Shown here: one piece after another, positions 58,384 to 64,000 of the stretch
Position numbering within the stretch: the first letter of the stretch is position 1
Layout: each line of letters opens with the position of its first letter
NCBI GenBank assembly: GCA_964455525.1
Contig: CAYVWR010000007.1
Span: 117,169 to 181,168, forward strand
From: an uncultured Alphaproteobacteria bacterium
GTDB taxonomy: Bacteria; Bacteroidota; Ignavibacteria; OLB7
Direction of reading: 5' to 3'
DNA length: 64,000 nt
Program-made: the position numbers and the translations under genes
Notes under the pieces: generated by a model
Seen by the model: the letters and a program-made list of their open reading frames with translations, nothing else
Told to the model about the DNA's origin: nothing
The model's database searches: none

Positions 58384-60909
58384 TCAGTTCTGGGCGTTGA
58401 TCGTTACATGCCGGACATCGACATGGGGCGCAAAAAACTGGTTCCATGTATCGTAGGTGAACGCTCCAGGCGTCTCCCGCTCGATGATCGTGTTCGGGGA
58501 GGTGCCGGCGGCCACCATCACGGTTCGTGCTGGCATGCGGATAAGCTCGTCCGAGTTGTGCCAGCGTCCATCTTCGCCCATCTCCTGCCGGTCGAATATC
58601 ATCGCCTCCACTGCATCGTACTGGTCGGCGACCGCCTCCACCGGCGAAAGATTTTCCACGAAGTAGATGCCCTCCTCCAGCGCCTTGATGATCTCTTCAT
58701 GGTTCAGGCGATAGGCCGGGGCATCGTTGATCCCCTTGCGGTATACCAGCGACACCCCACCCCAGGAGCGGATCAGGCTGATGAAGTCCGGCGTCCGGTT
58801 CTCCAGGCTGGCCTGTTCGCGCTCTGCGCGAATCGCCCGGCCATGCGCGATGAACTCCTCCAGGATCTGCCGATCCTCGTCGTTGAAGCTCATCCAGAAT
58901 CTCTCCTGGCCCAGCTCCTCGATAAGCACGCCGGTGCGACGGAGCACCCGTTCGACCTGTACCGGATAGTAGGCCATCATCTCGGTTGCGGTATCGATGC
59001 CGGTAAGCCCTCCGCCGATCACGATTGCCGGGAGCCGTACCTGGAGATTGGCAAGGGCATCGGGCTTGTATGCGCCGGTGAGCTGAAGCGCCATCAGGAA
59101 GTCCGATGCCTGACGGATGCCGCGCAGAAGGTTGTTCTTCATCGGCACGATCGTCGGCTTGCCGGCGCCGGTGGCGATGGCAACATGATCGAATCCAAGA
59201 TCCCATGCATCCTCAACGGTGATCGTGCCGCCGAATCGCACGCCGCCATGGAACTTGAAGTTCCGTTTGCGCGCCAGCGAGATATAGATCACTTTCAGAA
59301 AATTCTTGTCCCATCGTACCGTGATGCCATACTCGGAGACGCCGCCGAATCCAAGCAGGACGCGGTTGTCAAGCTCCTCGTAGATCTCGTCGCGCCAGTT
59401 GAAGATCGGCACCGGGGGGAGGTCTCTGGTGCCGGTCCAGCGAGTTGGAAGCGGCTCGATCTTCAGGCCATCTATGCCGACCACGCCGAACCCTTCGTTT
59501 GCCAGATAATGCGATAGGGTATAACCTGCCGGGCCAAGGCCAACCACCAGCACCTTCTTGCCATTATAGGGAAGGGCATGGGGGCGTTGTACGTTGATCG
59601 GGTTCCAGCGGGTGAGCAGCGAGTAGATCTCGAACCCGAATGGATAGTCCAGCACCTCGGTCAGCACCCCGGTCTCGATCTGCGGGATGTTCACCGGCTC
59701 CTGCTTCTGGTAGATGCATGCTTTCATGCAATCGTTGCAGATACGGTGCCCCGTGCCGGGGCACATCGGGTTGTCGATCATCACGATCGCCAGCGCTGCA
59801 AGCCCGTCGCCATTATGCTTCAGGGTATGCATCTCGGAGATCTTCTCATCCAGCGGGCAGCCGTGCAGCGCCACGCCGAGCGGGTTCCGTTTTTTGCTGC
59901 CATCCTTCTCGCGCAGCCCCTTCGAGCAGGAATCCTTGTCGCGGTTATGGCAGTAGATGCAGTATTCCACATGATCCATCACCTCGCGATGGCTGAAGCG
60001 CTGATCGGTAAGCTTGAACCCGTCGCGGAACCGCAGCAGCGTATCCGGTCCCTGCTGGCTGCCGGGAGGCATGTTCGGCGGCGGTTGCAGCACCACAAGG
60101 TGGGCGTAATCGAGCGTATGAGGGGTGCGCAGCGAGACCCAGCCGTGTTGTTCCGGCGACGGATGATGATGCTCCAGCACTACCCATTTCTCGAACAGCT
60201 CCAGGATCGCCGTTGCCAGGGTCTCGGCCTGTGATATCTCCTGGAACGGCATGATAAGCTCGGCAAGCACCGGTTCGGCCGCACGCGCCTCGGCAATGCG
60301 CCTGATAAGATCGGCCGCGTCGTTGTGTAGCTCTCCGGCGATGTCGTTTGCGGTGCGGAGCGATTTTTCCAGGTTCATCAGCCGCACTACCGTCAGAGCG
60401 GTTGCACGTTCCGGGTCATGCGCGGCGTAGTTTGCCGCAAACGCGGTACGGCTCAGCGCCGCCACCGCGGCATGGATCACCGCAGAGTCCATCGCCTGAG
60501 GGGATGGATGGCGTTTCAAGGCGCGGCGGGTTACAAACTCGCGTTTGAAGATGAAGACCACCGCCTCATCCTCTACAACCCGGCGCATCCGTCCGTGGCG
60601 ATCCTGTACCTGAAACAGCTCGGCGATAAACGCCGAGAGGTGAGGTGCCATATCAATGATGATCTGCGAGATCGCCTCCGGCGCCATATCGCTGCCAGCG
60701 GTAGCGCGATAATGATCGAACCGTTCCCAGAGCAGCGGATCGCTTGCGCTCACCGAGTCGTAGAAAAGTGCCGTCAGCTCGCCGAGGCGCGCCGGATCAT
60801 AGAGATCGCCGTAGGAGAAGCCGGGAATGCCAATGTGTAGATGAGGGGTGCCGCCTGTGCCGGACATACGATCGTTCCTGTCTGCTAGTTCAAATGGGGG
60901 ATGCGACAT
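58384..60909 (-). CDS. GltD/NfnB-like FAD-dependent Fe-S oxidoreductase, N-terminal moiety
   Basis: YCIYCH..DSCSKG, GCPLDEKISEM, PMCPGTGHRICNDCMKACIY, VVGLGPAG and GGGLTGIDTATE; start ATG 60909 or 60867. Confidence 0.85.
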   Translation of the reverse strand: MSHPPFELADRNDRMSGTGGTPHLHIGIPGFSYGDLYDPARLGELTALFYDSVSASDPLLWERFDHYRATAGSDMAPEAISQIIIDMAPHLSAFIAELFQVQDRHGRMRRVVEDEAVVFIFKREFVTRRALKRHPSPQAMDSAVIHAAVAALSRTAFAANYAAHDPERATALTVVRLMNLEKSLRTANDIAGELHNDAADLIRRIAEARAAEPVLAELIMPFQEISQAETLATAILELFEKWVVLEHHHPSPEQHGWVSLRTPHTLDYAHLVVLQPPPNMPPGSQQGPDTLLRFRDGFKLTDQRFSHREVMDHVEYCIYCHNRDKDSCSKGLREKDGSKKRNPLGVALHGCPLDEKISEMHTLKHNGDGLAALAIVMIDNPMCPGTGHRICNDCMKACIYQKQEPVNIPQIETGVLTEVLDYPFGFEIYSLLTRWNPINVQRPHALPYNGKKVLVVGLGPAGYTLSHYLANEGFGVVGIDGLKIEPLPTRWTGTRDLPPVPIFNWRDEIYEELDNRVLLGFGGVSEYGITVRWDKNFLKVIYISLARKRNFKFHGGVRFGGTITVEDAWDLGFDHVAIATGAGKPTIVPMKNNLLRGIRQASDFLMALQLTGAYKPDALANLQVRLPAIVIGGGLTGIDTATEMMAYYPVQVERVLRRTGVLIEELGQERFWMSFNDEDRQILEEFIAHGRAIRAEREQASLENRTPDFISLIRSWGGVSLVYRKGINDAPAYRLNHEEIIKALEEGIYFVENLSPVEAVADQYDAVEAMIFDRQEMGEDGRWHNSDELIRMPARTVMVAAGTSPNTIIERETPGAFTYDTWNQFFAPHVDVRHVTINAQN

Positions 60910-61054
60910 ACTGCAAACATACTCAGACAGAGCGTCTTGTTCTATCGTTCCGGTGGAAGAAAACCGGTTTGCCCGGCTTCGCCGCGTATCCATCGACTCG
61001 TTAAAGATCGTATCTCATGTAAAAAAATAGTTGCGATACCCCACGGCAATTCGC

Positions 61055-61062
61055 TAGGTTTG
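61055..61062 (+). promoter_or_regulatory. Bacteroidota-type -7 promoter box for the tRNA pair
   Basis: TAGGTTTG matches TAnnTTTG, with TTG about 21 bp upstream. Confidence 0.5.
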
Positions 61063-61090
61063 TATCTCCTCGAAGCGAGGAAGCGAGTTC

Positions 61091-61163
<73 letters not shown>

Positions 61164-61175
61164 CGGAAATTTTTT

Positions 61176-61249
61176 GGGGTGGTAGTTCAGTTGGTTAGAA
61201 CGCCTGCCTGTCACGCAGGAGGTCGCGAGTTCAAGTCTCGTCCATCCCG
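61176..61249 (+). tRNA. tRNA-Asp(GTC)
   Basis: Acceptor GGGGTGG/CCATCCC, anticodon CCTGC-CTGTCAC-GCAGG and GTTCAAGTC T-loop. Confidence 0.96.
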
Positions 61250-61253
61250 CAGC

Positions 61254-61288
61254 CGATGCCGATCATCAGTACCCGATGATCGGCATCG
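61254..61288 (+). terminator. Hairpin after the tRNA pair
   Basis: Perfect 14-bp stem CGATGCCGATCATC/GATGATCGGCATCG followed by CTATTT. Confidence 0.6.
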
Positions 61289-61430
61289 CTATTTATAGCC
61301 TCTCGAAACGCCCTACAGGAACCCCGGATGCTGTACGTCGTGTAGGTGGGGAGAATACCACATATTCCCGTAGAGCGGACCACCCCTCCGTCTCTTGCGT
61401 ACTTTATTATCATTTCGTTCCGTTACGGAC

Positions 61431-61994
61431 ATGACCATACTGCCCATTTATACGTACGATCATCCGATCCTCCGGAAGAAGCTTACGCCGGTCAGAGAGA
61501 TCACCGATGACATCGTCCGACTGACGCTCGACATGCTGACGACGATGAGGAATGCAGAGGGCATCGGGCTTGCTGCAAATCAGGTCGGTAGAGATGTCGC
61601 CATCACCGTGATCGATATCGGCGGCGTGGAGGGGTATGAAAATACCCGTCCGCTTACGTTGATAAACCCTGTGGTTGAGGCGTTCTCCGAGGAGGAGGAG
61701 GCATACGAGGAGGGCTGTCTCAGCCTCCCGGACCTTCGCTCCGATGTGGTTCGCTCCAAGGAAGTACAGGTGCGTTATTACGACCTCGATATGCATGAGC
61801 ATGTGGTGGAGGTGGACCGCTTGATGGCTCGTGTGATGCAGCATGAGATCGATCACCTGAACGGCATGTATCTTTTCGATCGCGTCAAGCCGATGCGCCG
61901 TGCCATGATGAAGCGGAAGCTTCTGGAGATCAAACGTGGGGATGCCGAGTGCGACTACCCATTGTATCTGCCTGGGACAAAAGCCCGCTCCTGA
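61431..61994 (+). CDS. def: Peptide deformylase
   Basis: GIGLAANQVG, EGCLS and QHEIDHLNG motifs. Confidence 0.96.
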   Translation: MTILPIYTYDHPILRKKLTPVREITDDIVRLTLDMLTTMRNAEGIGLAANQVGRDVAITVIDIGGVEGYENTRPLTLINPVVEAFSEEEEAYEEGCLSLPDLRSDVVRSKEVQVRYYDLDMHEHVVEVDRLMARVMQHEIDHLNGMYLFDRVKPMRRAMMKRKLLEIKRGDAECDYPLYLPGTKARS

Positions 61995-62207
61995 CGGTGC
62001 GACGATCATATGGCGGTCCCCGTGCCGTGCAATGCCGGGGAGGCCAGCGGCAACGATTGGAGAGGATCGTGGCAATACTTTCCAATCGTCTGCCGGGGGT
62101 GCGGCCAGACAAAACTCCATCACGCGCCGTGCGCGCCATTAACTACCAACAACCGCTATCTTTGCCATCGTGTGGAACAGGATTCTCAACGGTAAATAAT
62201 TCCTCCA

Positions 62208-64000
62208 ATGACCTCGCGCGAACTTCGGCAATCGTTTCTTGAGTTCTTTCGCCAACGTGGCCATACGATCGTTCCATCGGCACCGGTGGTTCCTCATGGC
62301 GACCCGACGCTTCTTTTCACGAACGCTGGCATGAACCAGTTCAAGGATGTTTTTCTTGGCAGCGGCACCCGCGATTATACCCGTGCGGCCGATACCCAGA
62401 AGTGCATCCGTGCATCCGGCAAGCATAACGATCTGGAGGATGTGGGATATGATACCTATCACCATACCTTCTTCGAGATGCTGGGGAACTGGTCCTTCGG
62501 CGATTATTACAAGGAGGAGGCAATCACATGGGCATGGGAGCTGCTGACGGATGTGTGGGGGCTGCCAAAGGAACGCCTTCACGTTACAGTCTATCGTGCC
62601 GATGATGGCAGCGAGCGCGATCAGGAGTCATATGATGTCTGGTTGAAACAGCCTGGCATGCGGCCGGACCATATCCATTGGTTTGGTGCCAAGGATAATT
62701 TCTGGGAGATGGGGGATAGCGGCCCATGCGGCCCCTGCTCGGAGATTCACTTCGACATGACCCCGGACGGCAATGGCGGCCATCTGGTGAATGCGGGCGT
62801 GCCGGAGGTGATCGAGATCTGGAACAACGTCTTTATCCAGTATAACCGCCGCTCCGACAGAACCCTTGAAGAGCTGCCCGCCAAGCATGTCGATACCGGC
62901 ATGGGCTTCGAGCGGATCTGCGCGGTGATGCAGGGAAAGACCAGCAACTACGACACCGATGTCTTTATGCCGCTGATCGGCGAGATCGCCCGTATCTCCG
63001 GTATGGAATATGAGGGGAGCCTTGCCGATCGTCCGAGCATCGCCATGCGTGTGATCGCCGATCACGTTCGCACGCTCACCTTCGCCATTGCCGATGGCGC
63101 ATCGCCGGGCAACGCAGGACGTGGATATGTGCTTCGCCGTATCCTTCGCCGCGCGGTCAAGTATGCCTTCATCGAGCTGAATATCAAGGAGCCGGTGCTC
63201 TACCGTCTTGTGCAGATCCTCGTTCGGACGATGGGGGATGTGTTCCCGGAGATCGCTGCCCAGCAATCCTATGTGGAGCGGGTGATCCGGGCCGAGGAGG
63301 AGAGCTTTGGCACGGCACTGGAGAAGGGGGTTGCGGTATTCGAGAATATCGTTGCAAAGCTTGGCCCGGAAGGAGAAAAAGGACAGGGAACACGGGTGGC
63401 CATCCCGGCCGATGCTGCGTTTCTCCTGTACGATACCTTTGGCTTTCCGCTCGATCTTACCGAGTTGCTCGCCCGTGAGCGTGGCATGGCGGTGGATGTG
63501 GCCGGGTTCAACCAGCGTATGGCCGAGCAGAGGCAGCGCGCCCGTGAGGCACGCAAGAGCTACTCGCAGGAGGCGCTCGGCGATACCTTTGGCGCCGATA
63601 CGGAGTTTATCGGGTATAACGACTGGAGCACCGATGCCCACGTTGTTGCCGTTGCCGATGCAGGTGTCGTCCTGGATCGTTCGCCGTTCTACGCGGAGAT
63701 GGGCGGGCAGCTTGCAGATCACGGGACGCTGGTGATCGGCGGCGAGCGGTATCAGGTGGCCGATGTGCACAAGGTGGGCAATGCCTTTGTTCATATCGTG
63801 GATGCCGAGGAACTGGCCGTACAGCCGGGGGAACGGGTTCATGCGGAGATCGACAGGGTGCGCCGCGGTGCCATTCAGCGAAATCACTCCGCCACCCATA
63901 TCCTTCATGAAGCGCTTCGCCGTGTGCTTGGCACCCATGTGCAGCAGGCAGGATCGCTGGTGGCCCCCGGCTATCTGCGTTTCGATTTCAATCACCTGGA
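62208..64000 (+). CDS. alaS: Alanine--tRNA ligase (5' part; runs off the window)
   Basis: Hand translation MTSRELRQSFLEFF..GDPTLLFTNAGMNQFK; also HHTFFEMLGNWSFGDYYK, GPCGPCSE and VDTGMGFER. Confidence 0.97.
   Translation, partial: MTSRELRQSFLEFFRQRGHTIVPSAPVVPHGDPTLLFTNAGMNQFKDVFLGSGTRDYTRAADTQKCIRASGKHNDLEDVGYDTYHHTFFEMLGNWSFGDYYKEEAITWAWELLTDVWGLPKERLHVTVYRADDGSERDQESYDVWLKQPGMRPDHIHWFGAKDNFWEMGDSGPCGPCSEIHFDMTPDGNGGHLVNAGVPEVIEIWNNVFIQYNRRSDRTLEELPAKHVDTGMGFERICAVMQGKTSNYDTDVFMPLIGEIARISGMEYEGSLADRPSIAMRVIADHVRTLTFAIADGASPGNAGRGYVLRRILRRAVKYAFIELNIKEPVLYRLVQILVRTMGDVFPEIAAQQSYVERVIRAEEESFGTALEKGVAVFENIVAKLGPEGEKGQGTRVAIPADAAFLLYDTFGFPLDLTELLARERGMAVDVAGFNQRMAEQRQRAREARKSYSQEALGDTFGADTEFIGYNDWSTDAHVVAVADAGVVLDRSPFYAEMGGQLADHGTLVIGGERYQVADVHKVGNAFVHIVDAEELAVQPGERVHAEIDRVRRGAIQRNHSATHILHEALRRVLGTHVQQAGSLVAPGYLRFDFNHL

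Noticed and set aside
58268-58386. Selenocysteine readthrough or a programmed frameshift joining the two oxidoreductase ORFs
   Set aside because: An in-frame TAG follows the TGA, the ORFs are in different frames with a stop upstream of the second, and no slippery site is evident.

Overview
A mostly housekeeping, GC-rich (about 60% by eye) chromosomal segment. It probably comes from a Bacteroidota/Chlorobi-Ignavibacteria-group bacterium; Kapabacteria-like is my inference from PorV, a T9SS type A C-terminal sorting domain and TAnnTTTG promoter boxes. Core genes are rsmI (partial), an AI-2E transporter, dut, an acyl-CoA dehydrogenase, polX, folD, an RluA-family synthase, NlpC/P60, a Fur-family regulator with a MerC-domain gene, rpsA, an 11-subunit nuo cluster lacking nuoEFG, porV, mltG, cdsA, a two-gene Fe-S flavoprotein, tRNA-Ala, tRNA-Asp, def and alaS (partial). 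The best candidate for an undescribed system is a tightly coupled four-gene minus-strand operon (49251-54073). It holds divergent GldL/PorL-like and GldM/PorM-like proton-motor genes followed by two paralogous predicted outer-membrane beta-barrels where PorN would normally be, with no PorK at the locus. Other oddities: a 319-bp-period non-coding duplication with a nearly invariant quasi-palindromic core upstream of a PolX that has lost its catalytic Asp residues; NuoI with a long repeated helical tail; a mid-domain split of an NfnB/NfnA-like oxidoreductase; a 1454-aa polytopic patatin; a decayed RHS/YD remnant; an AT-rich gluzincin-like gene beside a long hairpin; and RsmI with a 176-aa acidic extension. 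I found no CRISPR array, integrase or transposase. All family assignments come from motif recognition, not database searches.
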